Shown here piece after piece: positions 1 through 7,425 of a stretch of DNA of 53,860 nt. The notes below the pieces were generated by a model. That model was not told the origin of the DNA and did not search any database. It saw only the letters and a list, made by a program, of their open reading frames with translations. Position 1 is the first letter of the stretch. Each line of letters begins with the position of its first letter. The position numbers and the translations under genes are program-made. Source of the DNA: Deltaproteobacteria bacterium (GTDB taxonomy: Bacteria; Desulfobacterota; Syntrophobacteria; BM002); assembly GCA_020347625.1 (NCBI GenBank), contig CP070735.1:1378020-1431879 (forward strand). The letters are read 5' to 3'.

Positions 1-20
1 CAATACTGCACCGATCCAAT

Positions 21-293
21 CTAATGTAGCTGATATTTCTCTTTTAGCAACCGGCGAAATCTGGGCAGATAAATGAGATCAAACGTCTCCTCCTTATCTG
101 GAAAGAGGCGCAGAGCCTGCTTTTTCACCCCTTCAACAACTGCTTGCGCCTCTTCCAGGGGCAATTTCGTCTGGGCCAGATAAGCCAGGGAGAAATCCAC
201 CAGAAGTCTCAAGGTCCTGATGCGACGGTTTTCCTCATCGGCCTCATCATTTATTGATTCTCTCTCATTTGGTTTCACCAAACCGTTCTCCAA
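21..293 (-). CDS. hypothetical small protein (90 aa)
   Basis: TTG-initiated ORF overlapping the stop of the upstream formyltransferase gene by 29 nt. An AAGGGA purine tract lies just upstream. No recognisable motif, so it could be a shadow ORF. Confidence 0.35.
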   Translation of the reverse strand: MENGLVKPNERESINDEADEENRRIRTLRLLVDFSLAYLAQTKLPLEEAQAVVEGVKKQALRLFPDKEETFDLIYLPRFRRLLKEKYQLH

Positions 294-1191
294 TTTTCAG
301 TCCCTTCTCGGATGCAAACGCAGCAGCGTCTACCTTGCCCCCTGTTTCGGGGCGAATTTTACTGACGGAAATTATGCCGCCATCAGCAGCCACTTGAAAT
401 CCATCAGGGTCTACCCGGATAACAGTACCTGGAGCTTCCTCTGTAGATTCCAGCAAGAGCTTGGCACCGTAGAAACGGATTTTTTCTCCCTGCCAATAGC
501 TGTAAGCCCCTGGTTGAGGATCACAACCTCTAATCAGATTGTAAATGTCCTGGACAGACTTGCCCCAGTCAATAGTAGCTACGCGATCATCACAGGGAGG
601 CTCGTAGGAAGCTCCTTCTTCCGGTTGAGGGATCTCAGGAGCCTTGCCCTCCTTTATCAAAGCAACAGATTCGACTATGGCATCGACCCCCATGGGAAAG
701 AGATGGTTGAAATAGAGTGAACCAGTCGTGTCATCGGGACCAATCTCAACTTCCTTCTGAAGTAAAATTGGTCCCGTGTCAATGCCCCCATCCGGCCAAA
801 AAATGGTGAGACCAGTCTTGCTGTCGCCCTCAATAACCGCCCAGTTAATAGCGCTGGAACCCCGGTGAAGAGGAAGGAGAGAGGGATGGTAACAAATAGC
901 GCCCCTGGAGGGTGCCTTGAAGTAGCTTTCAGGAATAATATCCGTAACAAAGGCCAAGATTGTCAAATCTGGGTCATGATTCTGGTATTCGGCGAATACC
1001 TGGTCGTCCTTATAGGTTGTTGGTTGAAAAACCGGAATTCCTTTGGCTATCGCTGCTTCCTTGAGTGGGTCCAATCGGCCTCCAGGTCTGTCGGGCGGTG
1101 TATAAACAGCCACCACATCCTCCCCTTTTTCAAGCAAGCTCTCCAGTACTTTTGCACCAAAAGGCGCTTGGCCTATGACTAGGATACGCAT
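265..1191 (-). CDS. formyltransferase family protein, resembling the N-terminal hydrolase domain of 10-formyl-THF dehydrogenase (not a typical Fmt)
   Basis: ATG start. N-terminus MRILVIGQAPFG, catalytic block HPSLLPLHRGSSAINWAVIEGD, then IFWPDGGIDTGPILLQKEVEI and EGKAPEIPQPEEGASYE. As I recall the family, this pattern tracks the FDH N-domain. Confidence 0.85.
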   Translation of the reverse strand: MRILVIGQAPFGAKVLESLLEKGEDVVAVYTPPDRPGGRLDPLKEAAIAKGIPVFQPTTYKDDQVFAEYQNHDPDLTILAFVTDIIPESYFKAPSRGAICYHPSLLPLHRGSSAINWAVIEGDSKTGLTIFWPDGGIDTGPILLQKEVEIGPDDTTGSLYFNHLFPMGVDAIVESVALIKEGKAPEIPQPEEGASYEPPCDDRVATIDWGKSVQDIYNLIRGCDPQPGAYSYWQGEKIRFYGAKLLLESTEEAPGTVIRVDPDGFQVAADGGIISVSKIRPETGGKVDAAAFASEKGLKIGERFGETK

Positions 1192-1363
1192 GACACACCT
1201 CCTACCTGCTCAATGGGGTTAATTTGCCTCTAGATGTTCCTCTCTGGTCTGTTTTTCTCTGAAATTCCATTTAAATCCAAGCATTAAAATCCTTTTAAGA
1301 ACGCCCAGGATGTAAGTCGCCCAGCTTGTCCATGGTGCAGAGAGAAACTTCTCCTTGTCAAGT

Positions 1364-1792
1364 TTATTTTTCACTCTCCTCAAGTTGCGGAGGGCGAAGC
1401 CCGATAAGTCCTCTCTTGCCCAGGTTCCGGATAAAACCAGTCATGGCAACTTCCGCCTCTCGTCTGTTTAGATGGTAACGGCGGCATAGATAGTCTACCA
1501 AATCTTGAACGGTGCGTTTACCATCCAGTAGTGTCCAGGTTAGGCTACCTATCTCATCCAGCTGCAGTTTCCGGGTCAGCGGCTCTCCTGAACGCAACCC
1601 CAAACGACTAGCCAGACTAATTAACCATGGTCGCAAAGTGAGAGGATAGGTGAGCACCACCTCGCCGCTCTCCAGTTTTTCTTCCAGTACTTCCCTGTTT
1701 TTCGTTGGCCGGTAGGATAATGCCTCTGACCGACTGGACGGCCCAGAGGCTAAATCAGCTTTTGATGGCTTCCTCTTTCTAGACCACTTCAT
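1364..1792 (-). CDS. PqqD-family (RRE-type peptide-binding) protein
   Basis: C-terminal half LDEIGSLTWTLLDGKRTVQDLVDYLCRRYHLNRREAEVAMTGFIRNLGKRGLI matches the PqqD pattern. I place the start at ATG 1792, overlapping the upstream stop by 14 nt. The track ORF extends to 1843. Confidence 0.6.
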   Translation of the reverse strand: MKWSRKRKPSKADLASGPSSRSEALSYRPTKNREVLEEKLESGEVVLTYPLTLRPWLISLASRLGLRSGEPLTRKLQLDEIGSLTWTLLDGKRTVQDLVDYLCRRYHLNRREAEVAMTGFIRNLGKRGLIGLRPPQLEESEK

Positions 1793-2687
1793 AATTACTG
1801 CATATTTCCTCAAGTGTTTTTTCATCCAATGGTTTGAGGCCACGTGCCGTCACGCCCAGGATCTGATTAGAGGTGGGTAGATGCCAGATTCGAATCCATA
1901 TATGGGGTAATTTTCTGGTCACTTGAGCCCAAAGCCTTGCCCCCGGTCCATTTGAACGTCGGCTCTGGCCGCCAATGGCCGGGTTTCCCCTAAAATTATG
2001 TTTCCTAAAACTTGAAGTCATGCACCAGCGAAACTCCCGGCAACGGTTCTCAAACCAGTCCAGCAAATCACCCTCTTTTAGCAAAATGTCAGCTGGACCC
2101 CAGCGACTGAGGGTCACATGCTCGTGGCCGTGCTGAAAGACCAGTTGGTAGTGGCCAGGGTGAAAGCTATGGCTTACCAGCACAAAACGATGCGGCATCA
2201 AAGCACGTAACCCGTAAAGAGACCAAGTCACCCAACCGTCCTCACTGTGGTCCCGAAATGAGTTCAGCACTTGCAGCGTGACCAGTGGATCGTTTACACC
2301 CATCCTCTGGTAGAACTGAAGAAGAGTAGCTTTTTGACACATGGTGCAATAGAGGATGACCCCTTCTCCCCCTATCTCCTGCCCATGCCATTCAAAAGAC
2401 TGAGCCTCAAAGCCTTGGAGCAACTGACGCCATCGCTCCGGTAGAGATCTCTGTTGAAAATTGACTCCAGACCCAGCTCCCGAAAACCGCGCCAGCTTTC
2501 TCATATGAGACTTGTGGGAAAACGAACCTTTTAGCTGCTGCCATTTGAGCTCCAGGACCGGACCATCCCCATCATCCAGTTGGAGATATGATGTGGCCAA
2601 GGAACTTACCTCCCAATGGGGAGGTACCCGCAAACTGATCCCATTCCAGGCCAGCAATTTCCACAGTTCTGGCGTCGAATCTGCCAT
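1779..2687 (-). CDS. hypothetical protein (302 aa), translationally coupled to the PqqD-like gene
   Basis: Long ORF with an ATG start and no motif I recognise. Its stop overlaps the start of the downstream PqqD-like gene. Confidence 0.6.
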   Translation of the reverse strand: MADSTPELWKLLAWNGISLRVPPHWEVSSLATSYLQLDDGDGPVLELKWQQLKGSFSHKSHMRKLARFSGAGSGVNFQQRSLPERWRQLLQGFEAQSFEWHGQEIGGEGVILYCTMCQKATLLQFYQRMGVNDPLVTLQVLNSFRDHSEDGWVTWSLYGLRALMPHRFVLVSHSFHPGHYQLVFQHGHEHVTLSRWGPADILLKEGDLLDWFENRCREFRWCMTSSFRKHNFRGNPAIGGQSRRSNGPGARLWAQVTRKLPHIWIRIWHLPTSNQILGVTARGLKPLDEKTLEEICSNYEVV

Positions 2688-2722
2688 GTTTCTCCCAACC
2701 CGGATATTTCATGACTAGAGAA

Positions 2723-3100
2723 TTAAAGCCAACTCAACAGAACAACCCCAAGTACCAACATGACCAGGCCGGAGGCTCGCAACGATTGTTCCCTCTCGGG
2801 AGCAAGCCACCAGTTCCATAGCCGTTGGAAACGGTCCGCTGGTAGAAGAAAAAAAATAACGGCCTTGGCAATTGCAATCAGACCGATGAGACGCACGAGT
2901 CCTACACCCTGGTTACTCGCAGGGGCAGCAAGGATTAACAATATACCCACCACCAGCGTAAGGATAGTGATCGGCAAGCGGTTGCGCATAATCCTCTCAA
3001 TGAGAGGGCGCAGTTTCGCATGCATTTGGGTGGGATAGAGGTTTCCCCAGGCACCCATGGCAATCCAGAAAACTGCAACAACGACAAGAAACCACTTCAT
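2723..3100 (-). CDS. small integral membrane protein (about 4 TM)
   Basis: ATG start. Four hydrophobic stretches: FLVVVAVFWIAMGAW, ITILTLVVGILLILAA, LIGLIAIAKAVIFFLL and LVMLVLGVVLLSWL. Confidence 0.6.
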   Translation of the reverse strand: MKWFLVVVAVFWIAMGAWGNLYPTQMHAKLRPLIERIMRNRLPITILTLVVGILLILAAPASNQGVGLVRLIGLIAIAKAVIFFLLPADRFQRLWNWWLAPEREQSLRASGLVMLVLGVVLLSWL

Positions 3101-3405
3101 GACTCAACCCTTTCTTCAGTTCCCGGTACTGTTTCTAAGTTTTGTAATCCCATCTTCCTGGGCTTTGAGTTTCGCGCAGAGCGGCAGGCTCAAGAAACAA
3201 GGCCTGGCCTTTCGGCCAGTTGCAGGTTGGTTGCTGATCTCTCGCTGCTTACTTCTTGCTGCTCACCGCTTACTGATTGCTGACTTTATCATCGCCCTAG
3301 ATTTAGCCTCAGAAAACAGAAGAGCGCAAGCAGAAAGTTATCAAACCATTCATCTCTGCCGCCCACACCGTTGCTGAGATATTGCCTCCGGTTACAATTT
3401 TCGAG

Positions 3406-3435
3406 TTGCCAACCAATCCTGATTTTTGCTAGTAT
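3406..3435 (+). promoter_or_regulatory. putative sigma70 promoter with extended -10
   Basis: TTGCCA (3406-3411), 18-nt spacer, TGcTAGTAT (-10 at 3430-3435), 40 nt upstream of ATG 3476. Confidence 0.35.
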
Positions 3436-3475
3436 CTGCCACCTGATAAACTACTCTACATTTGGATTTCGGGCC

Positions 3476-4240
3476 ATGGCAAAAGAAATTATCTTTCCAG
3501 TCTCAAATGCATATAAAACCCGCTACCTGATTTTGCCCAGCCTAGAAGACCGGCTGCATCGAATAGTAGTGGGCTGGTCGGATACTGGACCTTGCGACCT
3601 CAGCGTCTTCTGGGCAGAATTGACCAACGGCTTTATCGATCTTTTGGTAGTCGGAGGCGACAGAGGGTTACGCATTTTGGCCAATTCGGAAGAATCAGTC
3701 CCTTTCAACCCAGAAGAAATTGACCTGCCACCCGGTTGGATGGTCAGCCACGTATCTCTGGAACCTCGTGACCTGCCCCCTGATGTTTTGAAGGTAGTAA
3801 ACACCTTCTTCTATGATGTTGGCGTGGATACTTCCAAGAAAGAAAAGAAGGAGAAGGTCCGTCTGCTCTCTGACATTCACAAGACTGAGGAGGTCTGGCT
3901 CATTCTTAGTAAAGACCAGAAACAGCGCCGAGTGATCGGCTGGTCCAAAGAAGGTCCCGCCCAGGTTAACATTTTTTGGGCAAGGTTTGCTGACGACCAA
4001 GTGTCCGTCTGTGTAGCTGGAGGTAGTGAGGGAGTGCGTATCATCACCGCGGAACAGCCTGAAGGAGAGCCGATTAAATATGACAAGAACAAACCTCCCG
4101 GCATTGGGGCACCTTATTTACGAATTAACTATGGTGCTTTGCCCAACGACGTTAAAGAGAATATTGGACCTGAGCCAGAGATCGAGTTGGAAGACGATGA
4201 AGAGATCGCCAAGACCCCGCCCGATCTTGACCTAGATTAA
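3476..4240 (+). CDS. hypothetical protein with an internally duplicated domain and an acidic tail
   Basis: ATG at 3476 preferred over TTG at 3371. Two homologous modules: RIVVGWSDTGPCDLSVFWAELTNGFIDLLVVGGDRGLRIL and RRVIGWSKEGPAQVNIFWARFADDQVSVCVAGGSEGVRII. C-terminus IELEDDEEIAKTPPDLDLD. Confidence 0.6.
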   Translation: MAKEIIFPVSNAYKTRYLILPSLEDRLHRIVVGWSDTGPCDLSVFWAELTNGFIDLLVVGGDRGLRILANSEESVPFNPEEIDLPPGWMVSHVSLEPRDLPPDVLKVVNTFFYDVGVDTSKKEKKEKVRLLSDIHKTEEVWLILSKDQKQRRVIGWSKEGPAQVNIFWARFADDQVSVCVAGGSEGVRIITAEQPEGEPIKYDKNKPPGIGAPYLRINYGALPNDVKENIGPEPEIELEDDEEIAKTPPDLDLD

Positions 4241-4370
4241 GAAGATTGTAGATTTAGATTGCAGATTGTAATATTCCTGATTGCGAATTGTTGTGCTTTT
4301 AAATCTGAAATCTAAAATCTGCAATCTACCCTTCTCACTTTCCACATCGTACACCGCACATCACCCTTCC
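4233..4370. repeat. period-7 tandem arrays: AGATTGN arm, inverted AATCTNN arm, then a CACNNNN array
   Basis: TAGATTA AGAAGATT GTAGATT TAGATT GCAGATT (4233-4273). AAATCTG AAATCTA AAATCTG CAATCTA (4301-4328). CCCTTCT CACTTTC CACATCG TACACCG CACATCA CCCTTCC (4329-4370). Confidence 0.8.
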
Positions 4371-4495
4371 CTAGTTTCGGATGTAGAATTTCAACCAGCC
4401 TTGTGAGCTTCTTGACACCACGAATCTCATTCTTAAAGTTATGGATGTCAGTACATTTGGTTACCGATCACTTGGAGGCAGATTGTTAGATTTTT

Positions 4496-5083
4496 ATGAT
4501 GGATTTCATTGATTACTATGTCAGGTGCACCCATTGCAGTGCGAAGAATAAATTGCCATTAACGAGGCTCGGACGACGGCCATCGTGTGGGAAGTGCAAA
4601 CAAGAACTCTTTCCCGAAAGCTCTCCTATCAGCAGTGGGACGATCATCGTTCCCTGCAAACACTGCCAAACAAACAACAAAATCCCCCTCATAAAGCTTG
4701 CCGACCAGCCCCGCTGCGGCAAATGCAAAACTCTATTGGACTTAGATGTAAATACCCAAAGCACCCCTTTTATCTTGTCAGATCAAAATTTTGCTGAAAC
4801 TGTGCTGCGTTCACCCTTGCCTTTTCTGGTCAATTTTCATTCGCCCAACTGTGGTCCATGCAAGCTTCTCAATCCCATCATCCATAAAATGGCCAAGGAC
4901 TATGAGGGTCGCCTCAAGCTGGGCACCTTTAATGTTGACACACATCCACATATCCCCACCTTGTACAGAATAGGCGGAACGCCTACCCTACTCCTGTTTC
5001 AAGGGGGGAAAGAACGTGGTCGACTTGAGGGCTACCAGAGTTCAGGTGCGGTCGCTCAGTGGGTCCGCCCGTACGCCTGGTAG
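4496..5083 (+). CDS. thioredoxin with two N-terminal zinc-ribbon modules
   Basis: CTHC...CGKC and CKHC...CGKC modules, followed by a thioredoxin fold with active site SPNCGPCK and the cis-Pro region GGTPTLLLF. Confidence 0.85.
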   Translation: MMDFIDYYVRCTHCSAKNKLPLTRLGRRPSCGKCKQELFPESSPISSGTIIVPCKHCQTNNKIPLIKLADQPRCGKCKTLLDLDVNTQSTPFILSDQNFAETVLRSPLPFLVNFHSPNCGPCKLLNPIIHKMAKDYEGRLKLGTFNVDTHPHIPTLYRIGGTPTLLLFQGGKERGRLEGYQSSGAVAQWVRPYAW

Positions 5084-5091
5084 GGAATAGC

Positions 5092-5133
5092 AGGTAGGAG
5101 ACAGCAGACAGCTCGCAGCTGGCAGCTAGAGGT
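5092..5133. repeat. period-7 array (NGNCAGC)
   Basis: AGGTAGG AGACAGC AGACAGC TCGCAGC TGGCAGC TAGAGGT. It is the inverted partner of CTGCCCG CTGCCAG CTGCATG at 5267-5287. Confidence 0.8.
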
Positions 5134-5210
5134 ATACTTTGTTAGTTATGGCTTTTCAGTTATACGATATGATTTATATATTATAGATGATTGGTTTCAG
5201 GGTATTAAAC

Positions 5211-5292
5211 AATCCGCAATTCACAATCTGCCCTCTTATCTCTGATCTCCGACCTCTATCTTATTGCTGCCCGCTGCCAGCTGCATGCTGGA
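5211..5292. repeat. 12 consecutive heptamer units filling the spacer
   Basis: AATCCGC AATTCAC AATCTGC CCTCTTA TCTCTGA TCTCCGA CCTCTAT CTTATTG CTGCCCG CTGCCAG CTGCATG CTGGAC. Confidence 0.8.
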
Positions 5293-7266
5293 CTAATACG
5301 CCAGTTTACCAAGGGACTTAAGGATGAGCGTTATCCCCATAGCAAACATACCGGTGAGGCCCATGCCACAGGAAAATCCGGCCAGCAGTACCGGCGCATA
5401 CTGACGCCACATGGTGCCATAGCGCTTTAGAAAAAAGAAACGACCCAAAAACGCCCCCACCACTTCTAAAATCAAACCGTGGGGGGTACTCTGCCCCAGA
5501 CCCCTCACAACTCCGTAGACCAGCAGCACCGGCAGCCCCAACAGGTTAAGCAAAACATAGGTCACCAAGCCAAAGCCCAGACCGCTCAAGAGGTAGCTAC
5601 CTTTAAGCGCTTGGAAAAACAAAGAATCTCCCTCAAGCGTTGAGGTCTGCATCAAGAGGGTATTCAGGGCTTGCAGATGCCACAACTCTTGAGCGTATGG
5701 ATAGCTGCTGGAAGGAATGGGTGCTAACCGCCAGATGAATTGAGAAAAGAGGAGGCTCGCCACCATCACCACTGGAAAGACAACAATTTCCGCCTTGATG
5801 ATACCGCGAATACTTGTGCCAGTGAGTTCGATCTGGCGAAATTGAACGGTTGCCTCACCATAATTATGGATGGGAATTGGCGCATACCAGATCTCAATAC
5901 CTTGATAGCCAAAAAATTTTGCCCCGGCAATGAAGCTCGCTTCACGAACAAGGGGCAAACTGACAAACTGACCGGCGATCCCCTCCATACGGGCGGTGAT
6001 GTAGGAAATGACCGGGGTGTAAATGAACCCATAGATCAGAAAAAAGAACCAGGGGAAGTTGGGCACCAACAAGAGGCAGAGACCCGTGTAGGCCAGGGTC
6101 GAAAATACATAGATGCCGATAGATATCCAGAAATTGAAATCACCCCGCCCGGGTGGCGGACGAAAAAGCTCACGAAAACTGCCTCTCTGACCAACAGAAC
6201 TCTTACCAAAGGAGCGCAGGACATACCAGATGCCGATCACTCCGATGGCCAAACCCAGACCAATACCGAAACTCATGTAAAAATCAAAGTTGTTGGCGAA
6301 AACCGTATCAACGGTGCCCATGCCTGGGTGCCAGCGGTGCAATATTCCTTTGCTATACAGAATGGGATTGGCAACCACTGTTATGATCAACCCCAGCAAT
6401 CCACCCATCACCGCCCAGAATGGCAGAACCATGCCGAGGAAAATAAGCCCCAGATCAAACTGCAGGCCCGTTGCCACTGCCGGCAGCACGTCCTCGGTGT
6501 GCCGGGTAAGGTCAATCCAAGGAATGGGAATCAAACGGATCGGTTCGGTTAAGAGCAATCCAGAGACCGATGGGAGGAGTACATACAGAGCCCCAAAGCT
6601 AAGGCCGATTACACCGCCGATGGAGAAAACCCGCCATTTCCAACTCTTCTGCTTATCCTCGGTGGATTCGGCCAGAGCCATGGTCCCCAGCGCTCCCACG
6701 GGTGCCATAGGAAAGGGCAGCTTTTCCACATCTGAGGTGATGCGATACAGGGCGTAACCCAGACCAAAATGATCAACACGCTGAATGACCTGCGATCCCA
6801 CCAGCAACAGTATAGGAATCATCCAGTCGCGGTGAAAAAATGTCCTTTCGAGGAGTGACATGGAGGTGGCTTCGGGTGCCACCCACGTGGGTATAAATTC
6901 GGCAAGTCCCAGCATTTTTGCCGCATCGGACTGGACCAAATACTGATTCCACAGCAGACCCTGAAATGGTGATGCCAGAGCCGCACCGGCCATGTAATAC
7001 AGCAGAAAGATCTCCTGTTGTTTGAGCTCGGTGTAGGATCTCTTGGCAATCTCAGCGAAAAGAATGATTGTGACCCAGCGGGCCGCCGGGCCGATGCCTG
7101 TGCCAATCACCAACTGCAGGTACATACTGCCCGGCATCATCAGAAAACCGATGAAGATGGCCCCAACGATGGTCTTCCAGTCGAAGCCCTCCTCGAAATG
7201 ATCGGGTGTTTTTAGAAGATCTCGGTATTCCTGCAGTTCTTTGTCGTCGTACATTTCACTTCGCAC
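5293..7266 (-). CDS. large polytopic membrane protein (657 aa), family not recognised (possibly transporter-like)
   Basis: ATG start and many hydrophobic segments throughout. Last gene of the co-directional ABC/FtsX array. Confidence 0.75.
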   Translation of the reverse strand: MRSEMYDDKELQEYRDLLKTPDHFEEGFDWKTIVGAIFIGFLMMPGSMYLQLVIGTGIGPAARWVTIILFAEIAKRSYTELKQQEIFLLYYMAGAALASPFQGLLWNQYLVQSDAAKMLGLAEFIPTWVAPEATSMSLLERTFFHRDWMIPILLLVGSQVIQRVDHFGLGYALYRITSDVEKLPFPMAPVGALGTMALAESTEDKQKSWKWRVFSIGGVIGLSFGALYVLLPSVSGLLLTEPIRLIPIPWIDLTRHTEDVLPAVATGLQFDLGLIFLGMVLPFWAVMGGLLGLIITVVANPILYSKGILHRWHPGMGTVDTVFANNFDFYMSFGIGLGLAIGVIGIWYVLRSFGKSSVGQRGSFRELFRPPPGRGDFNFWISIGIYVFSTLAYTGLCLLLVPNFPWFFFLIYGFIYTPVISYITARMEGIAGQFVSLPLVREASFIAGAKFFGYQGIEIWYAPIPIHNYGEATVQFRQIELTGTSIRGIIKAEIVVFPVVMVASLLFSQFIWRLAPIPSSSYPYAQELWHLQALNTLLMQTSTLEGDSLFFQALKGSYLLSGLGFGLVTYVLLNLLGLPVLLVYGVVRGLGQSTPHGLILEVVGAFLGRFFFLKRYGTMWRQYAPVLLAGFSCGMGLTGMFAMGITLILKSLGKLAY

Positions 7267-7267
7267 A

Positions 7268-7423
7268 GCGCATGGCGCAGAGCGCTAAGCGCGGAGAGTA
7301 TTTAGGGTAGACGCATATGATCATCGAGGACGAGTTGCAGTCCTGCAAAGAAAATAAAAAAGCTACTATTCCATTTGGTTTTGTTTATTCACGCTATGCG
7401 CTATGCTCTATGCGCTTTGCGTC
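7268..7423. repeat. inverted pair of heptamer arrays (AGCGCNN / ATGCNCT) about 95 nt apart
   Basis: AGCGCAT GGCGCAG AGCGCTA AGCGCGG (7268-7295) against ATGCGCT ATGCTCT ATGCGCT TTGCGTC (7396-7423). Confidence 0.75.
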
Positions 7424-7425
7424 AA

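Noticed and set aside
5740-6552. 270-aa plus-strand ORF. Similar antisense ORFs occur at 9540-10145, 16369-16938, 36635-37198 and 18975-19430.
   Set aside because: All are embedded antisense in strongly supported minus-strand genes. They lack RBS or motif support and have Arg/Pro/Gly-rich shadow-frame composition.
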